A DNA stretch of 64,000 bases from Vicugna vicugna. Lineage: Eukaryota. The stretch's first letter is position 1. Every line of letters begins with the position of its first letter. This document shows, piece by piece, positions 12,714 through 24,239 of the stretch. The notes beneath the pieces were generated by a model. The model did not search any database. It was not told the origin of the DNA and saw only the letters and a program-made list of their open reading frames with translations. The position numbers and the translations under genes were made by a program. The DNA lies in contig MU057781.1 in the NCBI GenBank assembly GCA_013265495.1, forward strand, positions 374,001 through 438,000, read 5' to 3'.

Positions 12714-13917
12714 ACACACCACACACACCCCACACACCACACACCACACACACACACCCCACACACAAACACACACCACACACACGTACACACACATACA
12801 CACACACACACACCCCACACACCACACATCACACACACCACACAAAACACACACACACACCACACACACGTACACACACACACATAAACACCACACACAC
12901 CACACACACCACACACACCACACACACACATACACACACCACACACATACACCACACACACCACACACCACACACACGTACACACAGACACACATACACA
13001 CACATACACACCACACACACCACACAACACACACAACACACACCACACACACACATACACACACCACACACACACACCCACACACACACACCCACACACA
13101 CCACACACCCCACACACACCACACACACCACATACATACACCACACACACCACACACCCCACACACACCACACACACCACATACATACACCACACACACC
13201 ACACACCCCACACACACCACACACACCACATACATACACCACACACACCACACACCCCACACACACCACACACACCACACACACACACATACACACCACA
13301 CACACCACACACCACACACACAACACACACACCACATACATACACCACACACACCACACACCACACACACGTACACACACACACATACACACACACACAT
13401 ACACACCACACACACACACACACACACCACACACACACACACATACACACCACACACACACACACACCACACACACACACATATACACACCACTCACACC
13501 ACACACCACACACACACACCCCACACATATACACACACCACACACACGTACACACACATACACACACACACACACACACACGTACACACACACACGTACA
13601 CACACATACACACCACACACACCACACACACCACACACACACCCACACACACACACACCACACACACCACACACACGTACACACACACACGTACACACAC
13701 ATACACACCACACACACCACACACACGTACACACACATACACACACACACACACACACACGTACACACACACACGTACACACACACGTACACACACATAC
13801 ACACCACACACACCACACACACCACACACACACCCACACACACACACACCACACACACCACACACACGTACACACACACACGTACACACACATACACACC
13901 ACACACACCACACACAC
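12683..13917. repeat. 1.2 kb CA-rich compound microsatellite/minisatellite
   Basis: Almost pure C/A sequence with recurring cacaccacaca, cacacgtaca and cacataca units. Confidence 0.98.
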
Positions 13918-14077
13918 AGCCCTTCCCACCGTCAGGACTGGGAGCAGAGCCCGGGAGAACCTGGCCAATGAGAGGACGGGGCGGGAGCGGCCACCTGTGT
14001 CTGATCGCATCTGAGACCCCCTGCTGTCTCCACCCCACGAAGACCCACTTGAACTCCAAGCGGCCCCGTCTCACCTG

Positions 14078-14265
14078 GGCTGTGGTTCTCAGCCTTGGCC
14101 CCACAGTGTGGTCACCTGAGATCTGAAAACACCTGAGCTAAGGTGGGTCCCGCGGGGAGAACCGTGCCACCCTCAGCCGCCCTGACTTAATGGTCTGGAA
14201 CAGGCCGAGCATAGGGCTTGTAGGTCCCTTGGGTGGTTCTAATGTGCAGCTGGGGAGAAGCACTA
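14078..14265. mobile_element. hAT-Charlie MITE (MER5B-like)
   Basis: gtggttctcagccttggc...tcacctgag...ctgacttaatggtctgg...ggtggttctaatgtgcagc...gagaagcact. Confidence 0.65.
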
Positions 14266-14299
14266 CGCTGGGGCTTGGGACCTGGAGGAAAGCGCCCCT

Positions 14300-14800
14300 G
14301 CCGAGATCGGACACCCAGCCCTGGCTCCGGCTGGGCCTGTGCCCTGAGACCGCGACCCCTCCTCCACCACCGCTCCTCCGCCCCCGAGAGTCCAGCCTCT
14401 GAACTCCTCCCCACAGCTCCGTCTGCAAGCCCCTTGCTCACTCCTCCTCCTCCTGGGCCCAGGCCCCGCCCACCACGCAGTCGCCCTCCTGACCCCGTCG
14501 TTCCGCAAACGCGGGGCGCTAATGCCCGCGGCCCCACCCGGACTCAGGGCAGGCCAGGCGCCCGCACCGGCGGGGAGAGCGCCAGCCCCCAGGCTGCGCC
14601 TCTCACAAGTCCCTGACATGTTTTAGCACTCGGAGAAAACGAAGTCGATTTCTGCAAACACGAGTCTACGTGTGATCACAGCCGCTGCCCTCAGGAGCAA
14701 CCGGGGTCCTGCAGGGAACCCAGGCCTTCGGGCTGAGCTGTGTGTACGCGTCCCAAGCGGGCCAGTGACCTCCCAGCAGGACTTCGGCGCCCCTGAGGGT
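14300..14800. promoter_or_regulatory. CpG island-like segment
   Basis: Dense CpG; GC box ccccgccc near 14464; no exon identified. Confidence 0.5.
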
Positions 14801-15318
14801 GTTGGCGCAGCTGTTTCCCAGCTGGGTGTTGGGCGCGGCGGCTGTTCGACTGGCTCTTTTAATCAGTTGTTCTCCTGACCTCCTGGATGCAGGCGTCACG
14901 ATTCCCACACCAGCTCTCACCTAGACCTTCTCTGCGTGACAGCTGCCACTTCGTCCTCCCCGAGGCCCAGCTGCAGGGGACCATGTCAGGCACCTGCGCC
15001 CACTCAGCGTCTCTCACGACCACACTTCCCAACACAGCTCTGAAAAGTGGCACCCTTGTGCTGGAGATGTCACTTCGCTTGTGCAGGGTGGCGGGCTCTG
15101 CTGTAGGGTCTGGAATGACAGTGGGGCTCAGCAGGTTCCCCGGAGGCCGGACTGTTGCAGCCGGCTTGGAAAGGCTTCCATCCAGATTCCAAAAATCATC
15201 CTGGGGGACAATCAGATCTCACTCGCCAATGATGGAAATTTTCAACCAGCCGTACTTCTGCCTTCGAAGTCATCGTCCGCTGCCCGAAGTCCCGGGGACG
15301 GTCAAGTGGGTGCCTGTG

Positions 15319-16130
15319 TGACAAGGGACTAATTTCCGAAATATACACTCAGCTCATACATCTTAATATCAAAAAAAACAAGCAACCCAATCAGAAAATG
15401 GGCAGAAGACCTAAATAGACATCTCCCCAAAGAAGACAGACAGACAGACGGCCGACAAGCACAGGACAAGATGCTCAGTATCACTAATTGTCAGGGAAAT
15501 GCAAGTCAGAACCACAGTGAGGTGTCACCTCACACCAGCCAGAATGGCCATCATTCAAAAGTCCACAAATGACAAATGCTGGAGAGGGTGTGGGGAAAAG
15601 GGAGACGCCCCCACTGCTGGTGGGAATGCAGTTTGGTGCAGCCACTATGAGAACAGCATGGAGGTTCCTTAAGAAAATAAAAATAAACTTACCCCATGAT
15701 CCAGCCATCCCACTGCAGGGCGTACATGTGGAGAAAAACATAACTCAAAAAGACACATGCCCCCCAGTGTCCACAGCAGCACTATTTACAAGAGCCCAGA
15801 CATGGAAGCAACCCAAACGTCATCGACAAATACTGGATAAAGAAGCTGTGGTATATTTATACAACGGAACACTATTCAGCCTTAAGTAGAATAAAACAAT
15901 GCCATTTGCAGCAACATGGATGGTCCTGGAGATCCTCATTCTGAGTGAAGTGAGCCAGAAACAGAAAGAAAAATACCATATGATTTCACTTATATGTGGA
16001 ATCTAAAAAAAAAGGACACAAATGAACTTATTTATGAAAACAGAAGCAGACTCACAGACATAGGAGACAAGCTTATGGTTACCGGGGCAAAGGGGGTGGG
16101 AAGGGATAAACTGGGAACCCAGAAACTTGC
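15319..16130 (+). mobile_element. Relatively young LINE-1: ORF2 C-terminus plus 3'UTR, truncated at both ends
   Basis: The ORF at 15569 reads NAGEGVGKRETPPLLVGMQFGAATMRTAWRFLKKIKINLPHDPAIPLQG...TCPPVSTAALFTRAQTWKQPK, the L1 ORF2 C-terminal region. It is followed by the typical 3'UTR (gcaacatggatgg...agtgaagtgagccag...atatgtggaatcta). Confidence 0.95.
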
Positions 16131-16290
16131 CCTCTCGCGGACTGATGGAAATGCTAGCGAACGTGACGGCGGTGGTGGTTTCCTGGGTGTCTCCGTCTAT
16201 CAAAATGCATCACACTGTACGTCTGAAGTATGTGCAGTTTGCTGCACAGGAACCACACCACAATAAAGGTGTGAAAAAAGAAAAAAGAAG
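16131..16290 (+). mobile_element. Old L1 (L1MB-ME class) 3' terminus
   Basis: tgatggaaatg...ggtggtggtttcctgggtgt...tcaaaatgcatcacactgtacgtctgaagtatgtgcagttt...caataaag plus an A-rich tail. Confidence 0.75.
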
Positions 16291-17699
16291 TGGGTGTCGG
16301 CACCAGCCGGCGTGGCCGGACCCCGGGCCTGGGTCGTGGCGTGTTGTTCGCGGAGGGGACGTGGCCAGGCCAGCGTGGCCTTCCTGCGCTCGGGCACAGC
16401 CTCCTCAGGTCTGTCCTCCTCGAGGCTGCGAGGTCATCACCGCTCCGATCACAGGCCCCATCCGGCCCAGGCCCCCAGGAGACACTAGAAGGAGGCAAAG
16501 CCGTTGCACACACAGTCCTGATGCGGATCTTAGCAAAGGCAAGTTTACCCGACGTGGACAGAGGGCCAATAACGGGGAAAATCACCTGGGCGCAGAGCTG
16601 AGCTGGGCCCCCGCCCCCCGCCCCGAACCAGCCATGCCACCACCGCCTGCCAGCACCCGTCGCTGCTTCTGTGGAGACAGAGTTGGGGATGGTTTCCAAG
16701 GAGACAAGCAAAGTGCTGGCCGTTCCCCACCTGCTGCCACGCACGACCACCTGGGCGACGCTGAGCTGCATTAACCAGGACAAACCTTTCAGCTGAACTG
16801 TCCCGCGCTGGGGTCGAGCCTTGACTGTGGGTCTCTGGGCAGCGTGAGATGCTTGGCGCAGTCTCGGTGAGGGAAAGCTGCTTTCCAGACACAGGCTCAC
16901 CGAGGCTCCCCGCCAGGACTGCTTCCCTTCCCCGAGGTCCGCCTTCCCGCGGGGGCGCCGGGTCCTGCTCTTCCCTAACCGGGCAAACCTGGGAGCGGCT
17001 CAGCGGCAGAACCCCGGCAGCGGCTCCTAACCTCTCGGGGGGACCCGCACGCCTGCCAGCGCCCTGCCCCAAGAAGAGCTTCACCAGCTCTGCGTGGAAG
17101 GCCCTCGCCCCGGGCATGCATCCCTCCCCAGGCACCTAGCAGAGTGTCTGCAGCTTAACCCCCTCCCCTCCCCCAGCCAACGACCAACCGGCAGGTGTGG
17201 AGACCCCAGCCCTGGCTGCCTGTGGCTTCCGCGCCCGGAGACGGGACAGGCTCCGAGGGGGATGCGACCTCCAGAGCCGACCGCAGGGTCAGGTCCAGCC
17301 CGGGCTGCGCTGAAGGGACACCCTTGCCTGCCTCCCACTACGGTTCCTGGGAGCACATCCTTAAGTAATTACAGGTCCCGGGATCCTGGGCTCAGAAGCC
17401 CACCTGAGGTGAGCCCCTTCCTGTGTCTGTGAGAGCAGGTGTCACAGAGGCGTCCCTGGAAGCTGGAGTGGAGATGACCTTTCCCCCAGGGTGCTTCCCG
17501 GGGACCCAGCTCTGCAGAGAGGAGAAGGGGGACCACGTGCAGGGCCGCCGAGCTCCCCGCCTCACCCGGAGCTGGAGCGGGGTCAGCCTGTGGGGGCTGC
17601 GCTGTGTGACCCAAAGGGTCAGAACTAAAAAGCCACAATCTTTGGCCCGGGAGGAAGGGCCCGGGGACACCAGAGCAAGGTCCCACACAAGGGCCCTGG

Positions 17700-18150
17700 A
17701 TCCTCCTCATTTGCTCAGACAACTGCTCGCCAGGGAGAAGAGAACACCACACACAGTGCCTGAGTTCCTGCAGATGAACAGGGAGGAACATGGAGGCATT
17801 TGTGGTCCTCAAATTACAAGGGGGCCTATGGGAGTCAGATGGCAAATGGGGTCCAACTCAGGCTGGATTTCCTTGTGTCCACTGGGCCCCCAAACCCACC
17901 CAGTGGTCGTGCCCCTGGCTCCAGACGAACGAAGGGGTTGACACACTTACAACAGGTGCGGAGCCCTCACTGGGCCTTGACTTCTGCGCCTGGAGACGGG
18001 GTAAGCGTGGCCATGATGGGGAGGCCAAGTGGGAACCTCTGAAGCCCCCCTGCCCCCGGACAAGGCAGTAAATTCAAATCCGAATCTCTCCCGCGGACGG
18101 TGCAGACATTACTGTCACCCTAAGCATCTGAGGTACTGGGTGGCCATCTG
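17700..18150 (+). mobile_element. ERVL (class III endogenous retrovirus) internal fragment, protease/RT junction, frameshifted
   Basis: Three frames give GAYGSQMANGV, LGPQTHPVVVPLAP and GVDTL...GEAKWEPLKPP. These match HERV-L/MuERV-L pro-pol as I recall it (GAYGGQVINGV, VGPRTHPVVISPVP, GIDIL...GKAKWKPLELP). Confidence 0.8.
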
Positions 18151-18959
18151 AGGAGGCGGCGGGTTGGCACCCACGTCGGGGGAGTGGGTTCCTGGTGGAA
18201 GCTGTGGAGGTGGGGGCGCTCGGGGGGAGGAGGGCCGCCGGGGCCTCGGGTCAGCCCGGCTCCCCAGAAGCCTGCGGGCCCGCGGCCCTCCTTCTCTGCA
18301 AACCTGTGGAGACAACTGTTCCGGCCGCACCTTCTGTTATGAATGTGGACTAACAGTAATGATAAACACAGTGGCTTTCTTAAATGAACTCGTGTGTTGA
18401 AACTCGCTGTGTGCTTTGGGGATTTGCGTACAGTTCACATGCCTTTCTCACCTCCACTGGCGTTTGGCTTTCTCATTAACTTCTTATGAGCATTTTGATT
18501 GAAAGACCAGCACTGAGCTGCTTGTAAACAGTTATCCTACAACAATCCCAGGGCTCCTCATGGGGGCCCAACAGGCGCTTCCTCACGTTGCGCTTTCACG
18601 GAGAGAGGCGTCCACCCAGCCCGGCCGCGTCCCTGCGTCCCTGTGTCCCTGCCCCTCCCCCGGGACTTCGCCCGCAGCCAGGCCTCCGTGCCCCTCCCCG
18701 ACTTCTCCCCGCTTCTTCCTCTCTGACCTCGTCATAACTCCTCCGAACAAGAGCGCTGCGATGGCGCTGGGCCCGGCTGGAGGCGCCAGGACCACCTCCC
18801 CTTTCAAGGCTCCCTGGGGCGGAGGGGAATCCGGTGCTCTTGCCGAGCTAATTGCTTGGCAGCAGTTGCCACCCCTTCCATGTCTGTCGCAGAGCTTCTA
18901 CTTCACAAGCCAGTGTCAGTAAGTTTTGGGTTAAAACGTATCTGTTTCCTTGAGCACTT

Positions 18960-19183
18960 TTTACCTTTTTTTGAGTTGCATTCTTTTTTCTCGAAGTGCA
19001 GTCAGTGTACAGTGTTGTGTCGGTTTCCGGTGTCCAGCACCATGTCTCAGTCATGCATATTCACACCACGTTCCTTGTCATATTCCTCTTCATCAAAGGT
19101 AACTGCAAGACACTGAACAGAGTTCCCTGTGCCATCAGAAGAAATCTGTTGATTATTTATTTTGTGTAAAGTAGAAAACGTTT
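18960..19183 (-). mobile_element. Young L1 extreme 3' end with A-rich tail
   Basis: The reverse complement reads gcacagggaactctgttcag...gactgagacatggtgctggacaccggaaaccgacacaacactgtacactgactgcacttc plus A-rich tail; it is homologous to 48860-49058. Confidence 0.85.
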
Positions 19184-19211
19184 ACCTTTCAACACAACGT
19201 TGTGAGTAGTG

Positions 19212-22200
19212 TTTCTCCAGCTTTGCTGAGACGTGACTGCCATGCCACGCTGTGCAAGGTTAAGGTGTGCAGGGTCATGATGCGCCTGTAGGTTGTGGCC
19301 GCTCACCACCGTGAGGGGAGGCTCACGTCCATCACCCCACACACTTGCTCTGTGTGTCTGACAAGAACGTTTAAGACATACTCTCTTAGCAACTTTCAAG
19401 CCCACAGCAGCATTGTCAACGACAGCCACCACGCTGCACACAGATCCCCAGGACGTGTTCACCTGATTGCTGGGGGTTGGACCCCACCCCCTGCCCCCAA
19501 CCCCAGGTCACCACCATCCTCCTGTCTCTGTGAGTTTGGCGTTTTTAGATGCCACATGAGAGCTCACAGTATTTGCCTTTCTCTGTCAGACTTACTTCAC
19601 TGAGCATAATGCCTTCAAGATTCATCCATGTTGTTCCAAATGGCAAAATTTTCTTCTTTTTTACAGCGAATGTCCACTATGTGTGTATTTTAATACATTA
19701 TATGTGTGTGTCTCACATCTTCTTGGTCCCTTCACCCATCAGTGGGCAGTTAGGCTGCTTCTGCGTCGTGGCTGCTACGAGTGACACTGCAGGGAAGGCG
19801 GGCGTGCAGGCGTCTCTTTGTGCTGATTCCACCTCTCTTGGATAACCACCCAGAAGTAGACTAGAGCACATGAGAGTCTACTTTTAGTTCTTCGAAGACT
19901 CCCCATGCAGGCTTCCATCCCGACAGCGCCGACTTACACTCCCACCCGCAGAGCACAAGGGTTCCCTCATCCCCACGTCCTCGCCAGGCCTCGCACCTCC
20001 TGTCTTTCTGATGATGGCCGTCCTAGCAGGTGTGGGGTCCTGTCTCATCGTGGTTTTGATTCCTTTTCCTTGGTAACCAGTGATGTTGAGCATCTTTCCA
20101 TGTACCTGTTGGCCATTTGTGCCGTCTTTAAAAAAAAGTCTGTACAAGTCATTTGCTCGTTTCCTAATTTAACTGTGTGGAGGTTTTGCTGCTGAGGGTG
20201 AGCATGTGTTCCCTACACATTTTGAAAGTGACCCCCTACCAGACGTGAGGTCTGCAGCCCCCTGGCCCCCTCCGCGGGCTGCCCGGCAGAGCTCTGCTTC
20301 CGCTGCCGGTCTCCCCGCTTGCTGGCCTTTGCTTCTGCTGCTGGTGCTTTTAGGGTCATGTCCAAACGGTCATTGCCAAGGCCGACGTCAAGGAGCTTTC
20401 TCCTACGGTTTCTTCTAGGCGTTCTGTCGTGTCAGTCCTTACATGCAAGTCGTTAATCCGTTTTGAGCTAATTTTTCTGAGTGGCGTAATACAAGGGTCC
20501 AGTTTCACCGTTTTGCATGTTAATGGCCAGTGTTCCCCAACTCCAAGTGCCATTTATTGAGGAGACCGTCCTTTCTCCACTGTGTGCCCTTGGCTCTCTC
20601 GCCACGTGTTAGCCGGCCACGCACATGCGGACTGGCTTCTGGGCCCTTGGCTCTGTTCCGTTAGCCTGGTGTCTGTTGCTGTGACAGGACTCCTGACTAC
20701 CACAGCTCTGTAACACAGTTTGAAGTCAGGAAGTGTGGAGCCTCCAGCTTCGTTCTTCTTTCTCAGAACCGCTTTGACTACACTCGACCTTTTGTGGCTT
20801 CATGTGAATCTTGGGATTTCTTCCGTGTCTGCGAGAAGTGCCGCTGGAATTTGGATGGGTGTTGCATTAACTCTGTTGATTACTCTGGCCAGTGTGGGCA
20901 TTTTAACAACATTAATTCCCCTAATCCATGGACACAGGATAGCTTTCCATTTATTTGCATCTTCTTAATTTCCTTCATCAAAGCCTTACAGTTTTAAATA
21001 CATAAATCCTTCACCTCCTTGGTTAAATTTATTCCTACATAGTGAATTGTTTTTGATGATATTGCAAATGGGATTGATGTCTTCATGTTTTTTTCAGATA
21101 GTTCACTGTTAGTGTGTAGAAATGCAACTGACTTTTGTACATTGATTCTGAATTCGTTAGTTTTAACAGGTGTTTGGTAGAGTCCTCAGAGTTTCCTGTC
21201 CATGAAGCCATGTCAGCCGCAGAGACAACTTCGCCTCTCCCTCTCCAGTTTAGACGCCTTCTGTTTCTTTTTCTTGCCCAGTCGCTCTGGCTAGGGGTTC
21301 CGCTACCATGCTGAACAGGAGTGGTGAGGGCGGGCACCCCTGCCTTTTCCTGGCCTTAGAGGAGCAGCCCTCAGGTTCACCCCTGAGTATGTCAGCTGTG
21401 AGCTTGTCATACGTGGCTTCTCCTATGTTGAGGTGTGTCCCTTCTACACTCAGTTTGTTGAGAGTTTTTATCATGCAAGAATGTTGAATTTTGCCAAATG
21501 CTTTTTCTGCGTCTATTGAGATGACAATATGATTTTCGTTTTTCATTTTGTTAATGTGGTGAGTCACACTGGCAGGTTTGAAAAGGTTGAACTATCTTTG
21601 CATCCCAGAGATTACTGCCCCTGATCACGATGTCTGGTCTGGGCCATTGTGTTCAGTTTGCCGGTGTTTTGTTCAGAACCTGTGCGTCTGTACTCATCGG
21701 GGACGCTGGCCTGCAGTTCCCTTTCTTTGAGTGTGTTTGCCTGACGTTGGTTTCAGGATCACGCTGGCCTCACAAAATGCGCCTGGAAGTGTTCCCACTT
21801 CTTCGATTCTGAGGGAGAAGTCTGAGAAGGATTGGTATTAATCCTCCGTCGAATGTTTGGTCGAACTCAGTGAAACCCTCCCGTCCTGGACTTCCCTTTG
21901 CTGAGAGCGCTCCGATCGCGGATTCCGTCGCCTTCGCCATGGCCGGCCTGTTCAGATTTTCTGCTTCTTCCTGACTCAGTCTAGTCAGGGCACACGCTTC
22001 GAGGACTTTACGCGTTCCTTCTAGGTTGTTCAGCTTGCCGGCACATAACCACTCACAGTCGCTCAGGATCCTTTGCGTTTCTGTGGCATCGGTTGTCACA
22101 GCTCTTCTCATTCATAAATCCATTTACTTGCATCTTTGTCTTTTTCCTGGGTTCGTCTGGCTAGAAGTTGGTCGATGCTGTTCGCGTGTTTTAAAACCTG

Positions 22201-24020
22201 CTGCGTTTCATTGGTCTGTCGTGTCACATCGCTGCTCTCTGTTCCATTCCTCTCTGCGCTCGCCTTCTGCTCGCTTTGCCCTTAGTTGGTCCTTTCTTCC
22301 TAGTTCCTTGAGGTGTCACTTTAGGCTGCTCATTTCAGACCTTTCCTTCTCCTCAGTGCAGGCATTGATCGCCATAACCTTCCCCCAGAGAGGCTTGTGC
22401 CGCGCCCCACAGGTTTCGCTGTGTAGAATTTCCACTTTCATTTGTCTCGAGGTGTTTTTTATTCTCTTTTCCTTTCTTTTCTGACTGATCAGTTGTTCAG
22501 CTGTATGTTGCTTAATCTCAACTTCTTTGTGAAACTTCCAGTTTTCTTCTTGTCATTAATGTCTAGTTTTGTATCATTGTGGCCAGAAAGATGTTTGATA
22601 TGATTTCAACCTTCCTGAATTTAGAGACGTGCTCTGTGCACTGACACAACCCTGCCCTGGAGAGCGTCCTCTGCGCACTTGGTTGCGCGTCTCCTGCCGC
22701 TGTCGGCTGGGTGTCCGTGCGCGTCTGCTAGGTCTGTTTCGTCTGTGCTGTGATCTGCTGGTTCTTGATGGATTTTCTGTCCGGAGGATCTACCCGTTGT
22801 TGAGCGTGGGGCAGTAAGAGCCCCTACTACGATCGTATTGCTGTTTATTTCTCCTCTCAGCTCTGTAAGTATTTGCTTTACGTATTAAGTTGCTCCTATG
22901 TTGGGCGCATAAGTATTTACAATTGTTACATCTTCTTGATGAATTGACCCCTCTGTCCTTATATAATGAACTTCTTTGTCTCTCGTGACTGTTTTTCACT
23001 TAACAGTCTATTTTGCCTGACAGAAGCACAGTAAGCCTGCTTTCTTTGTTACCATTTTCTTGAAATATTTTTTCCATCCCTTCATTTCAATCCCATGGGT
23101 GTCCTTAAAGCTGACGTGAGTCTCTTGTAGGCAGCACAGCATTGGACCTTGAGTTTCATTTATTCAGCTCCTCTGTTGTTTGATTGGAGAATTTAACCCA
23201 TTTACACTGGAGGTGATAACTGATGGGTGAGGACTTCCTGTTGCCGTTCCCTTCACCGTGTTCCGGCAGCTCTGTAGGTCCTTTGCTCCCTCCTTCCTCT
23301 CCTGCTGTCTTTCTTTGTGAGCTGGTGACTCTTTGCGGTAACATGCTTTGATTCCTTTATTTTAATTTTTTATGTGTGCTGCAAGTTTTCCCTTGTGTGG
23401 GTAAGGCCCATAAGCCTTACATACAATATCTTACAGTCATAACAGCCTGTCTTCAGCTGATAATAACTTAATTTCGATAGCGTGCAGAGACCCTACACAT
23501 TTATGTCTCCTCTCCTCGCACTTTAGGTCATGGATGTTACAATTTACATCGTTTTTATATTGTGCAGCCAATGAAAATTCATTGCCATTATAGTTATTTT
23601 TAATACATTTGTTTTTTAACTTTTAAATAGGAATTGAAAATGCTCTATGCATCACCATGACAATATTAGAGAATCTGACCTTGAGTGTACATTCACCTTT
23701 ACCAGCGAGTTTTACATATTCATAATTTTTACATTGTGAATTAGCATCCTTTCCTTTTCACTCTTTTTCCCAATGGAGAAACCACAGCTCCAGGAGGACC
23801 CTCTGGGGGCCCTGGGGGAGGGGTGGTGTGGTCAGAGTGAAGCCCCTCCCCTTGCCCTTCTAACACATGCCGTCTCAGTTCTCTGGGGTCGAGGGGCTGC
23901 TTTAGCCTCACGCTCGGGTTCTGGGTTTCCACCAAGGAGTCTTGCCTGTGGATAGCGGCCAGCGGCCTTCTTGTGAGGGGTCTGATGCTGGGAACAACAT
24001 TTTCCACCATGTTGCAGACC
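19212..24020 (-). mobile_element. Long decayed LINE-1 (L1MA9-like 3' end): near-complete ORF2, inter-ORF region and probable 5'UTR start; ORF1 absent
   Basis: RT motifs HIVISIDAEKAFGKIQH and RQGCPPSPLLF (ORF 21250-21567); TTDATETQRI...LSQEEAENLNRP...SPGREGFT (ORF 21770-22111); endonuclease start near 23250; KMLNITGYQG near 20090. Many frameshifts and stops. Confidence 0.93.
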
Positions 24021-24027
24021 CCTTATT

Positions 24028-24143
24028 CAGATCTTAACATAATCACACCTGCAAAGTCCCTTTTTCCACACAGGGTGACTTACTCACAGGTTTCAGGGAT
24101 TGGGACATGGATATCTTTGGGGGGCCTTACTTAGCTGGCCACA
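24028..24143 (-). mobile_element. MLT1 LTR 5' fragment
   Basis: atcttaacataatcacacctgcaaagtccctttttccaca...tcacaggtttcagggattgggacatggatatctttgggggcc. Confidence 0.75.
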
Positions 24144-24239
24144 GTCCCCCTTTCTGTCACTTCTTTCCATCAGGATGCCCACGCAGCCCCACGTAGCCTG
24201 CTCTCAAAATGGTCCCCAGAAACCACTACAGATACCTTG

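Noticed and set aside
12513..14104. Long 326-477 aa ORFs (His/Thr-rich and Val/Cys-rich) on both strands
   Set aside because: Artefacts of translating a (CA)n/(TG)n-rich tract that lacks stop codons; not metallothionein or keratin-associated genes.
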